Positions 1 to 7,915 of a DNA stretch of 14,923 nt are shown here, in pieces. Below the pieces are notes generated by a model that was given only the letters and a program-made list of their open reading frames with translations, had not been told where the DNA came from and ran no database searches. The first letter of the stretch is position 1, and each line of letters starts with the position of its first letter. Origin of the DNA: Promethearchaeia archaeon (GTDB lineage: Archaea > Asgardarchaeota > Lokiarchaeia > Sigyniarchaeales > SOKP01); contig JAHQWH010000217.1 in NCBI GenBank assembly GCA_029856105.1, positions 1 through 14,923 on the forward strand. The letters run 5' to 3'. The position numbers and the translations under genes were made by a program.

Positions 1-254
1 CCAGAAGCTCTAATTGCAGGGTCTAATACATCGTCGATTACGGTTTTAACGACTCCCGCAGCACCAATTAAGTCAGGCAGAAAAATATCTTCATTCTCAA
101 ATTGAGATCCTATATATTTCATGAGATTACCAATAATTTCCAAGAGTTCTTCCGCAGACGCTTCTTGGTTTTCTAAAACTGAACGACATAGGTTTTTTAA
201 ACCAGTCTCATCCCATTCTTCAACAAGTTCTTTCACTTGTTCTTCTAATGACAT
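1..254 (-). CDS. Corrinoid (cobalamin-binding) methyl-carrier protein, MttC/MtbC-like; N-terminal cap domain only, truncated by the window edge
   Basis: Not in the ORF track. Manual translation from ATG 254: MSLEEQVKELVEEWDETGLKNLCRSVLENQEASAEELLEIIGNLMKYIGSQFENEDIFLPDLIGAAGVVKTVIDDVLDPAIRAS. M..IG..FE...IFLPDL..AA is the B12-binding cap signature. A GAGGAG SD-like motif lies just upstream on the minus strand, and the gene is divergent from an MttB homologue. Confidence 0.88.
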   Translation of the reverse strand, partial: MSLEEQVKELVEEWDETGLKNLCRSVLENQEASAEELLEIIGNLMKYIGSQFENEDIFLPDLIGAAGVVKTVIDDVLDPAIRAS

Positions 255-390
255 TTTGACTCCTCTGAATAATAGAATTTAAAATAAAGTTATTAGTTAT
301 TTACTAACCTTTATGAAAAAAAAAGTTTTTCAAAAAGTAGATAAATTAATGGTTTCTAGAACTAAAATATTGAAATAATATCTTTTTAAA

Positions 391-404
391 AGAGAATTTA
401 AATA
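391..404 (+). promoter_or_regulatory. Putative archaeal BRE/TATA promoter of the mttB-lyase operon
   Basis: Purine-rich AGAGAA followed by TTTAAATA (397-404), ending 22 nt before ATG 427. This spacing fits a leaderless transcript. The AT-rich background lowers confidence. Confidence 0.45.
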
Positions 405-426
405 TCTTATCTGGTTTGAAATTATA

Positions 427-1935
427 ATGAGAATGAATCAACTTGAAGTTTTAGCGAAGGATGAAATTGAACTTATACATCAAAACACGATAGAACTATT
501 AGAAACTATTGGCGTTAAAATAGATTCTATCGAAGCTAGGGATCTTTTAATTGACAATGGAGCAGAATTTGATAAAAATACTAAATATATAAAATTTCCT
601 GAAAGCCTTGTAAAAGAGACCATGAAAGTCGTACCCGATTCTTTCAGTCTATGGGGTCCGGATGGTTCTTTTAAGTTTGATGTAAATACATCTAGTACAA
701 AATTTGCTACCGTTGGTACACCCGTTAGAATGTACGACCCCGAGAAAAAAACCGGTGTGCGAAAATCTTCGCTTGAAGATACTATAAGTCAAATTCGGAT
801 CGTCGATAGTTTAAAAAACATCGTATGTTCACACTTAGATGTGTGGCCGAACGATGTACCCTATACGGAAACTCATTATCACAGTATACGCGCTTGGGCA
901 GAACATAGTTTCAAACCCTTTGGATTAGGGTGTTATGGGAGGGTTGCAAGCAAAGATATGATGGTTATGACTTCAATTATCGCTGGCGGTGTAGATGAAC
1001 TAAAAAAAAGACCAAGGTTAATTGGCTTTTTTAACCCAACAAGTCCACTAATGCTTACTAAAATTATGTTAAATGGCTTATTCGTTTTTGCAAAATACAA
1101 GCAGCCAATTATTATTGCATCTGCGGCTAGTGCTGGAGCGACTGCACCAGTAACTTTAGCGGGCTTGTTAATACAAACAAATATGGAAGTCTTATCTTCA
1201 ATTGTTCTTACTGAACTTATTAATCCTGGAACGCCTGTCTTTTATTCGACAATGAATTGCCCTATGGACCCTCCCAGCGGGAACGTTGCTTGGGGTTCAA
1301 TAGAAACTGGCTTAATAACCGCAGCTGCGGCTCAGTTAGCCCGCTTCTATAAAATCCCGTCTAGAGGTCCGGGAGCAGTTACAGAATCAAAATGTTTTGA
1401 TGTTCAAAACGGATTTGAAAGATTTATGACACTTTTCTTCGCTACACAGGCGGGAATAAATTACATTACTTGCGCGGGAACCTACGAATCTTCGTTAGCA
1501 GAAGCATTAGAATTACTCGTTATTGATGATGAATTAATTGATATGATCAATCATGGGATGAATGGAATTAGATTTAACGAGGAAACCCTCGCTATAAATG
1601 AAATTAAAAGGGTAGCGACAGAGGGGAAGAATTATATGATGTTAAAACACACATCAAAAAATACTAGGAAAGAAATATTTGTCCCAAAATTAGCAGATAG
1701 AGATAAGAGAGGGATTTGGAGAAGGAATGGATCAAAAGATATCATCGTGAGAGCTAAAGAAAAAGTTAATTTGATACTTGAAAAACAAGTGGGCCCCGGA
1801 ATTGCTCCAGAAGTTGATAAGGAACTAAAAAAGTACTTTAAAATTATAGCATCCCGCACTATGGATGAATTTCGAAAAGTCGAAGGGTTAGATGAATCTG
1901 AGGATCCTCAAAAAATTATTGATTTGGAGGGATAA
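427..1935 (+). CDS. mttB: Trimethylamine methyltransferase (MttB) superfamily corrinoid methyltransferase, non-pyrrolysine type
   Basis: 502 aa with MttB family motifs: IH..T.ELLETIGVK, NPTSPL, GATAPVTLAG.L.Q.N.EVL, PGTPVFY, QLARFYKIPSR, SK.FDVQ.GFE, LVIDDE. No in-frame TAG. Confidence 0.92.
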   Translation: MRMNQLEVLAKDEIELIHQNTIELLETIGVKIDSIEARDLLIDNGAEFDKNTKYIKFPESLVKETMKVVPDSFSLWGPDGSFKFDVNTSSTKFATVGTPVRMYDPEKKTGVRKSSLEDTISQIRIVDSLKNIVCSHLDVWPNDVPYTETHYHSIRAWAEHSFKPFGLGCYGRVASKDMMVMTSIIAGGVDELKKRPRLIGFFNPTSPLMLTKIMLNGLFVFAKYKQPIIIASAASAGATAPVTLAGLLIQTNMEVLSSIVLTELINPGTPVFYSTMNCPMDPPSGNVAWGSIETGLITAAAAQLARFYKIPSRGPGAVTESKCFDVQNGFERFMTLFFATQAGINYITCAGTYESSLAEALELLVIDDELIDMINHGMNGIRFNEETLAINEIKRVATEGKNYMMLKHTSKNTRKEIFVPKLADRDKRGIWRRNGSKDIIVRAKEKVNLILEKQVGPGIAPEVDKELKKYFKIIASRTMDEFRKVEGLDESEDPQKIIDLEG

Positions 1936-1937
1936 AG

Positions 1938-3212
1938 ATGGCAGAAAAAAAACCACAAGATCAAATCAATAAAGAATTAAGAGAAAAGTGGGATGAGCTA
2001 GAATTCGATTCACAACTAATTAGAGCTGGAGAAGATCCATACCCTAGCACTACTCATAGTTTACGCGTACCCTTATATGCGACTAAATCCTACGTATATT
2101 CCTCCTTAACAGAGCTTTTAAAGCACCATTACTTTTATTCAAGAACAGAAAACCCTACATTGTTTGCTTTGGATAAGAAACTCGCAACATTGCATGGAGG
2201 AGAAGATGCTATATCCGTTGCTTCTGGGATGGCAGCAGTTCATCTTGCTTGTTCGAGCGTCCTCCAAAAACGGATTAAGAGAGTCAAACCAAAAAATTTA
2301 TCCAAACATTTCCCTCAAAGTAAACCAGATCATATTCCAAACTTTATTATACATAAAAACCAATACACAGGAACATATCGCCTTTTTACAAATGTATACC
2401 CACAAATGGGATACGAACCGAGAATAATAGATATGCGGGATTTAAACGCTGTCAAAAAGGCTATTGACGAACAGACTAAATTTGTATATGTTGAGACACC
2501 AGCAAATCCCACAATTGATGTGATAAACATTCAGAAGTGCGCTGAACTTATTCACGAAATAGGAGGAAAATGTATTGTGGATAACACATTCGCAAGTCCA
2601 GCTTTACAGAAACCATTAGAATTAGGTGCTGATTTAGTAATTGAAAGTTTAACTAAATACATTAATGGCCACGGTGATTGCCTTGGTGGGGCAATAATTG
2701 GCCCTAAAAACGAATTACAAAATATTCGATATTTCTGGTTAGAGACTCAAGGAGCCGTTTTAAGTCCGTTTAACGCTTGGCTCATTTTACGCGGATGCAG
2801 AACTCTTAGTTTGCGAATGAAAAGACATAGTTCAAGCGCAATAAAAATAGCAGAATTCTTAAGTAAACATCCAAAAGTGACAAATGTTGTTTACCCGGGA
2901 TTAGAATCAGATTTGGGACACGAGATTGCTAAAAAACAAATGATGGATTTTGGGGGCATGATTGGCTTCGAATTGAAGTCGATGGATGCTAGTTATAAGT
3001 TTATCGATTTATTAAAACTAATCAAAGTCGGAGTATCGTTAGGAGACACGACTTCTTTAATTGAATATACGGCTGTTATGACGGGAATCGATCTAGCTTC
3101 TTGGGAAAAACGAACTATGGGAATGTCTGATACTCACTTTAGATTTTCGATCGGTTTAGAAGATCCTAGCGATTTGATCAGGGATTTGGAGCAAGCTTTA
3201 AAAAATTCATAA
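1938..3212 (+). CDS. PLP-dependent Cys/Met metabolism enzyme (methionine gamma-lyase / cystathionine gamma-synthase/lyase family)
   Basis: Motifs YSR.ENPT, ASGMAA, ETPANPT, VDNTFASP, SLTKYINGHGD (PLP lysine), RG.RTL.LRM, YPGL, FGGMI.FEL, VSLGD, RFSIGLED. Starts 2 nt after the mttB stop, with GGAGG at 1926-1930. Confidence 0.93.
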   Translation: MAEKKPQDQINKELREKWDELEFDSQLIRAGEDPYPSTTHSLRVPLYATKSYVYSSLTELLKHHYFYSRTENPTLFALDKKLATLHGGEDAISVASGMAAVHLACSSVLQKRIKRVKPKNLSKHFPQSKPDHIPNFIIHKNQYTGTYRLFTNVYPQMGYEPRIIDMRDLNAVKKAIDEQTKFVYVETPANPTIDVINIQKCAELIHEIGGKCIVDNTFASPALQKPLELGADLVIESLTKYINGHGDCLGGAIIGPKNELQNIRYFWLETQGAVLSPFNAWLILRGCRTLSLRMKRHSSSAIKIAEFLSKHPKVTNVVYPGLESDLGHEIAKKQMMDFGGMIGFELKSMDASYKFIDLLKLIKVGVSLGDTTSLIEYTAVMTGIDLASWEKRTMGMSDTHFRFSIGLEDPSDLIRDLEQALKNS

Positions 3213-3283
3213 GTAAATTTAAATTAAAATTTAAGCCTAAAATAAAAAAAAAGAATTTTAAAAAAATTTTATAGTTAATACAT

Positions 3284-4663
3284 TTAAGTAACTTTTTCTT
3301 TCTTCTGGTTATGAAGCTCCGTGATTTGTTGCTTAATATCATCAACTTTAGATTTTGAGAAGGGATAAAATTTTAAACAAATCAGGTTTAGACCTAGTGC
3401 AATGGCTGGGAACAAAAATACTAACAATCTAAGCCCAAAAATATTACTTGGATCAATAAGTTCGTAATCCCCCCAACCCGTCGCTGTGAATACGAGCCCT
3501 ACAGTTAAAATAGAAAGAACCATTGAAAGCCGCATGAAGAAATTTGTAATTCCAAAGAAGATTCCCTCGTGCCGTACACCCGTTTTTAACTCATCTTCGT
3601 CAATAACATCTGCAATAATCAAGTAAATGAAATACAACATACCTCCAAACCCAAAACCCATCAAGGATACTACAATTAATGCTATTTCGTATAACTCTAT
3701 AAATAACAATGGGATTGAAGCAACAAAATACGCGATAATTGAGATAAAATATCCTTTTTTGCTTCCAAGTTTAACATCTAACTTCCTCCAAATTATTACA
3801 GTAACAATTCCTACGATAAATAACAACCCTAACATTATCGATGTGAGAAATGTACTTTCTTGGCCTAGAACATGCAAACTATACAACGGTACGGTTGTTG
3901 CGAGCACCAGTAGGACATACTCATATAAGAAAAACATGAGTGTATAGAGTACAAAACCTTTGTTCTTTAAAGCATATTTTAATCCTCCAAAAAAGGAAAA
4001 AGCTTGTTTATAATCTTCTTTAAATTCTACACGTTCAACAGCACCCCATTTTAGAAAAATGAGCATTGTTAATCCTACGATTATTGATGTAACAATACCA
4101 TTTGTTAGGTAACCAGACATCACATTCAATTCTACAATGAAAAAACCTGGAACTAAGAAAGCTAATATCAACCCAACTGTAGATAAAACTTGTCTAATAG
4201 TATTTACTTGCGCCCGTTCTTCTACAGTCGTATACAATTCAGGAAACAATGAATCTGAAGGTAAGGCCAGCATAGTATAGAAGGTATCATAACATATAAG
4301 CATAATAAGAAGATAGATAAAGCCTAACATTTGATTACCAACAGGGGGTAACCATAAGATTATCTCAATTATAAGAACAGGTATTAATCCAATCATTATA
4401 TATGGTTTTCGTCGACCCCAGCGAGAATGTGTACGATCTGAAAGGTAACCAATTAGAGGGTCATTTATTGCGTTCCAAAAGGTCCATAAAACATATGCTA
4501 ATATTATATACGGTATATCTAAGCCAACAGCGACATAGTAAAAAGAAAAAACCCATGTATTAAATGCACTATTAATAAAAAATAGTCCGAACGAAATTGA
4601 CCCAAAACTCCACTTTTGCAGCGTCCCAAATTCTTGAGTACTTTTATCTTTATTTTGATTCAT
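3284..4663 (-). CDS. MFS transporter, glycoside-pentoside-hexuronide (MelB-like) cation symporter family
   Basis: About 12 hydrophobic segments. Motifs WNAINDPLIGYLSDRT.SRWGRRKPY, ERAQVN..RQ and IADVIDEDELKTGVRHEG.FFG. Confidence 0.92.
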   Translation of the reverse strand: MNQNKDKSTQEFGTLQKWSFGSISFGLFFINSAFNTWVFSFYYVAVGLDIPYIILAYVLWTFWNAINDPLIGYLSDRTHSRWGRRKPYIMIGLIPVLIIEIILWLPPVGNQMLGFIYLLIMLICYDTFYTMLALPSDSLFPELYTTVEERAQVNTIRQVLSTVGLILAFLVPGFFIVELNVMSGYLTNGIVTSIIVGLTMLIFLKWGAVERVEFKEDYKQAFSFFGGLKYALKNKGFVLYTLMFFLYEYVLLVLATTVPLYSLHVLGQESTFLTSIMLGLLFIVGIVTVIIWRKLDVKLGSKKGYFISIIAYFVASIPLLFIELYEIALIVVSLMGFGFGGMLYFIYLIIADVIDEDELKTGVRHEGIFFGITNFFMRLSMVLSILTVGLVFTATGWGDYELIDPSNIFGLRLLVFLFPAIALGLNLICLKFYPFSKSKVDDIKQQITELHNQKKEKVT

Positions 4664-4895
4664 CTTTTTAAAACCAATAATTTAATTATTTAATTGTTTA
4701 TTTTTAAAATTTATATAAGGTATTAGATTCTTTCACATATAAAAATAAGCAATTTTAAACTATTTCTAAGTCAGATTATAAATAGAGATAAGTAGATTAT
4801 GGCAAAATTAAAATTTATTATTATAATTATATGTTTAATATTGCGGCATATCTCACTAAACTAAGAAAAATCAAATAGAAAAGGGATATCGCGCT

Positions 4896-5108
4896 TTACT
4901 CTCTAGAGTATTTCTCTATTATATAATTTTGCAAAGACCAAACATACTTTTCAAGATTTAGAATTAAAACTTTTTGTTGTATTTCTCTTAAGTATGGCAC
5001 GTCAAAACTTTCAAATAATCCTTTAAGGTGATCTATTGTGTTAAAAACTTCTACGATAATCTTCCAATCGCTCGCCCATTCTTTATCTTGAATTTCTAAT
5101 TGCTTCAT
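4896..5108 (-). CDS. Small hypothetical helical protein (70 aa)
   Basis: ATG-started ORF in intergenic space with protein-like amphipathic composition, co-oriented with its neighbours. Confidence 0.7.
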   Translation of the reverse strand: MKQLEIQDKEWASDWKIIVEVFNTIDHLKGLFESFDVPYLREIQQKVLILNLEKYVWSLQNYIIEKYSRE

Positions 5109-5240
5109 TTTATGAAATTGTTAAATCTTAATGTTTTTGAATTGAATTATAACTTCTTTATGAATCCTATAGTTACACCTATTAAAAAATGTTTAGATAT
5201 CTATGATTTAGTAATTTCAATATTTCGCGAAAGTTCTGAA

Positions 5241-6389
5241 TTATAAATACAATTGAAAGTTTTTTTCTACGATTTCTTTTGCGCCGCTGAATTCTGAAAC
5301 ATTAATTAACCGATTTATATCTTGAAGATCGGTTAGCTCATCCTCATATTTGCTATTAAATTCAATCGAAAATTTTAGCATAAGGTCTTCTATTATACTG
5401 TTTTTTTTATTAGTGATAACTACCAAAGCGTAACCATAGTCAATTTCATACCTAACAACGATATCCGTCTTTTTTGTTTGAATAACATCAATTCTATCTT
5501 TTTTGCCAATAAATTCGCTGAGGATATGATTAAGCCCTATAAGAATGTTTCCCCAGAGGGGTGATTCATCTTTATTATCTGATTTTTTATCGAAATTAAT
5601 AGAATATAGTAAGATGCCTGATTTGTGATAAATATTAATTGAATAAATTCTATTTGGTAAAACGAAAAACATCTCTGGTTTTTTAATTAGCATGATATTA
5701 ACGGCAAAGTTTGTTATCCAAATAAGAATTATGTATAACTCTCTAAAGACGGTCTGTTGTAATATTACATAATAAATATTCATTAATATAGGAATCGTAA
5801 AAACAATGGTATTTAATATTAAAGGCAAACTTTCTTCCTTTTTTTTTGATCTAATATTAATTATTAAAGCAATATAAAGATAATAAATCGTGATTAAACT
5901 TTGCAACAATATAATTATTGCTCCAGTTATAAAATTAAAGCGAAAGTTAATTAGAGCCGGATCTATAACAGAAAACAACGAAGGAGGGGGGATACTAAGA
6001 ATTAGTTCGATTGAATCTGGGGTTAGTAAAGCCCCAATCAACATGCCAAGAAGTAGCGCGTAGTACAAAAATGGAAAAGGTTTAATTTTTTTGTATTCGT
6101 TAAAAAAAGAATACACAAATGAAGATATTATTAGTGAAATAACCCCCGATACAAGTGATAGTTTCCAAAATAAAACGTTGATTTCATTTGATATGAAAAA
6201 AGTAACTGAAAAGACGAATAATGTTGAATAAATAATACCCCCAGTAAGAACTGTTGCCGCAAGCAAAAAAGCTATTAGTTCCGTTCCATATTTCTTTCGA
6301 TATCGGATAATGTGATATATTATTATAACACTTAAACATAATATAATAATATAACCAATGATGAGCGATATGGAAGTAGTATAATTCAT
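5241..6389 (-). CDS. 7-TM membrane protein with C-terminal longin-like cytoplasmic domain
   Basis: Seven hydrophobic segments in about the first 235 aa. Then IYSINIYHKSGILLYSINF...ILIGLNHILSEF...IDVIQ...IVVRY...YALVVIT...KFSIEF, which follows the beta-beta-alpha-beta-beta-beta-alpha-alpha longin pattern. Confidence 0.8.
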   Translation of the reverse strand: MNYTTSISLIIGYIIILCLSVIIIYHIIRYRKKYGTELIAFLLAATVLTGGIIYSTLFVFSVTFFISNEINVLFWKLSLVSGVISLIISSFVYSFFNEYKKIKPFPFLYYALLLGMLIGALLTPDSIELILSIPPPSLFSVIDPALINFRFNFITGAIIILLQSLITIYYLYIALIINIRSKKKEESLPLILNTIVFTIPILMNIYYVILQQTVFRELYIILIWITNFAVNIMLIKKPEMFFVLPNRIYSINIYHKSGILLYSINFDKKSDNKDESPLWGNILIGLNHILSEFIGKKDRIDVIQTKKTDIVVRYEIDYGYALVVITNKKNSIIEDLMLKFSIEFNSKYEDELTDLQDINRLINVSEFSGAKEIVEKNFQLYL

Positions 6390-6583
6390 AATTTATAATG
6401 GTTCAAAATTCAAACGAGAAAAACTATGAGATTTCTTGGAAATATCAAAAAATATTCTTATAAATAGAGAAGAATTATTGATTTTTAAGAATTACTGAAG
6501 GTTTTTCTAAAAAAATGTGAGAAAATCTTTTAAAAATGTAAATTACGAAATAATTCTGCGTAGAAATATAGACGTTTTACTTA

Positions 6584-7681
6584 TTATCCAGTTAAATAAT
6601 GGTTAAAATATTCTTCAATTAGATCGTAAGCATTTTTAAAAGTTGAAACATCAATTAGACCACTGAGTTTTTTTAAGTTTTCTTTATTGATTTCGGCAAA
6701 TTTCTTCGAAAAATTATCTACTGCGTTGTCGAGAATTTTATTTTTATGTTTTGCAATTAGTAAAACTGCGTAACCTAATTGGTTGTTATAGTTAAAAACA
6801 ACCGCTCGATCGCTCATCTTAATAAGGGTTATCTGATTTTCTACGTTCGATAAATTAGCTAAAATATGATTAATTCCAATTAGTATACTCCCTTTTAAAA
6901 GCGTTTCATCAATTTCTGATTGTTTTTCGAAATTAAAAGAATATAATAAGATGCCAGATTTATGGAAAATAATAAAATCGTATATTTTATTAGTGAAAAC
7001 TACAAATAAATCTGGTTTCTTAACTGCAAGAAAGACTACAAATCCCATAAAAATAACATAAAACATTAGATGTAGAATTTTAAAAAATGAATTTAGAGTT
7101 AGTATATAGAGAGTATACCATAAAATCTTTAAGAATAAGAGAAATACGAACAAGAAATAGAAATTACTTAACTTTCTGTCGTTAATCTCCTTGTATCCTT
7201 TTATTTGTGTAATCCAGGAAATAACTACAATAAACCCATTGAATAATACAATCGAAATTAATAAGGGAACGTTATTGAAAAAGTAATAGTACTCAGATCC
7301 CGTCTGGGTAACTAAAAACGAAACAGGATTGAACAATAAGCTAAGAATAATCCCTCCCATTAATATGTATATTATAACGGGTAAAAATCTAACTCGGCTT
7401 AATTTGTTTAATTCCATACTATGAACAGCAGACCATATCCCATTTGATATTATTCTAGTAAAAATGGATACACTCCATAATATCAAGGCTAAATTTATGT
7501 TAAAAAAGGTCTCGACTGATAGATTAAATAAAATAAAGTAAGCACTTTCACTGACGAAATATATCATAATTACAATAAAAAAATCTACTTCAGGCTTGTA
7601 ATCTCCTCTGTGAAATAATATATAAATTAGACCAATAGAACATACCGCAAAGTAAGCGGTAATAAATATGCTTGCAATCAT
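6584..7681 (-). CDS. 7-TM membrane protein with C-terminal longin-like domain (paralogue of 5241..6389)
   Basis: Seven hydrophobic segments, then KKPDLF...IYDFIIFHKSGILLYSFNF...ILIGINHIL...GYAVLLI...LIDVSTF, matching the neighbouring gene motif for motif. Confidence 0.8.
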   Translation of the reverse strand: MIASIFITAYFAVCSIGLIYILFHRGDYKPEVDFFIVIMIYFVSESAYFILFNLSVETFFNINLALILWSVSIFTRIISNGIWSAVHSMELNKLSRVRFLPVIIYILMGGIILSLLFNPVSFLVTQTGSEYYYFFNNVPLLISIVLFNGFIVVISWITQIKGYKEINDRKLSNFYFLFVFLLFLKILWYTLYILTLNSFFKILHLMFYVIFMGFVVFLAVKKPDLFVVFTNKIYDFIIFHKSGILLYSFNFEKQSEIDETLLKGSILIGINHILANLSNVENQITLIKMSDRAVVFNYNNQLGYAVLLIAKHKNKILDNAVDNFSKKFAEINKENLKKLSGLIDVSTFKNAYDLIEEYFNHYLTG

Positions 7682-7915
7682 TAATTTTAAGGGATTTCTT
7701 TATTATTTTTAATTTCTTCCTCTTGTGTCAAAGAAGATATTGAATAATTTTATATAAATATTGGTTCAACAACCTATAAGAAGTTTTATGTGAATGGTGA
7801 TTTCCATAATTTTAAAGAACTCTTAATTAAATATAAAACTTTATTCTGGTTAAATTAAATTGAAATATAATTTAATAAAATATAATTTGATTTATAATAC
7901 CTAAAACCGAACTTT

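Noticed and set aside
1632-1859. 75-aa minus-strand ORF
   Set aside because: Antisense shadow within mttB with no recognisable features.
427-1935. Pyrrolysine recoding in MttB
   Set aside because: The ORF is full length with no internal TAG; the region equivalent to the Pyl site reads GPGAVTESK.
2164-2530. ORFs 2164..2427 (+) and 2330..2530 (-)
   Set aside because: Alternative-frame and antisense ORFs wholly inside the well-supported PLP lyase.
3627-3947. 106-aa plus-strand ORF
   Set aside because: Asn/Ile/Pro-rich antisense mirror of the hydrophobic MFS coding strand.
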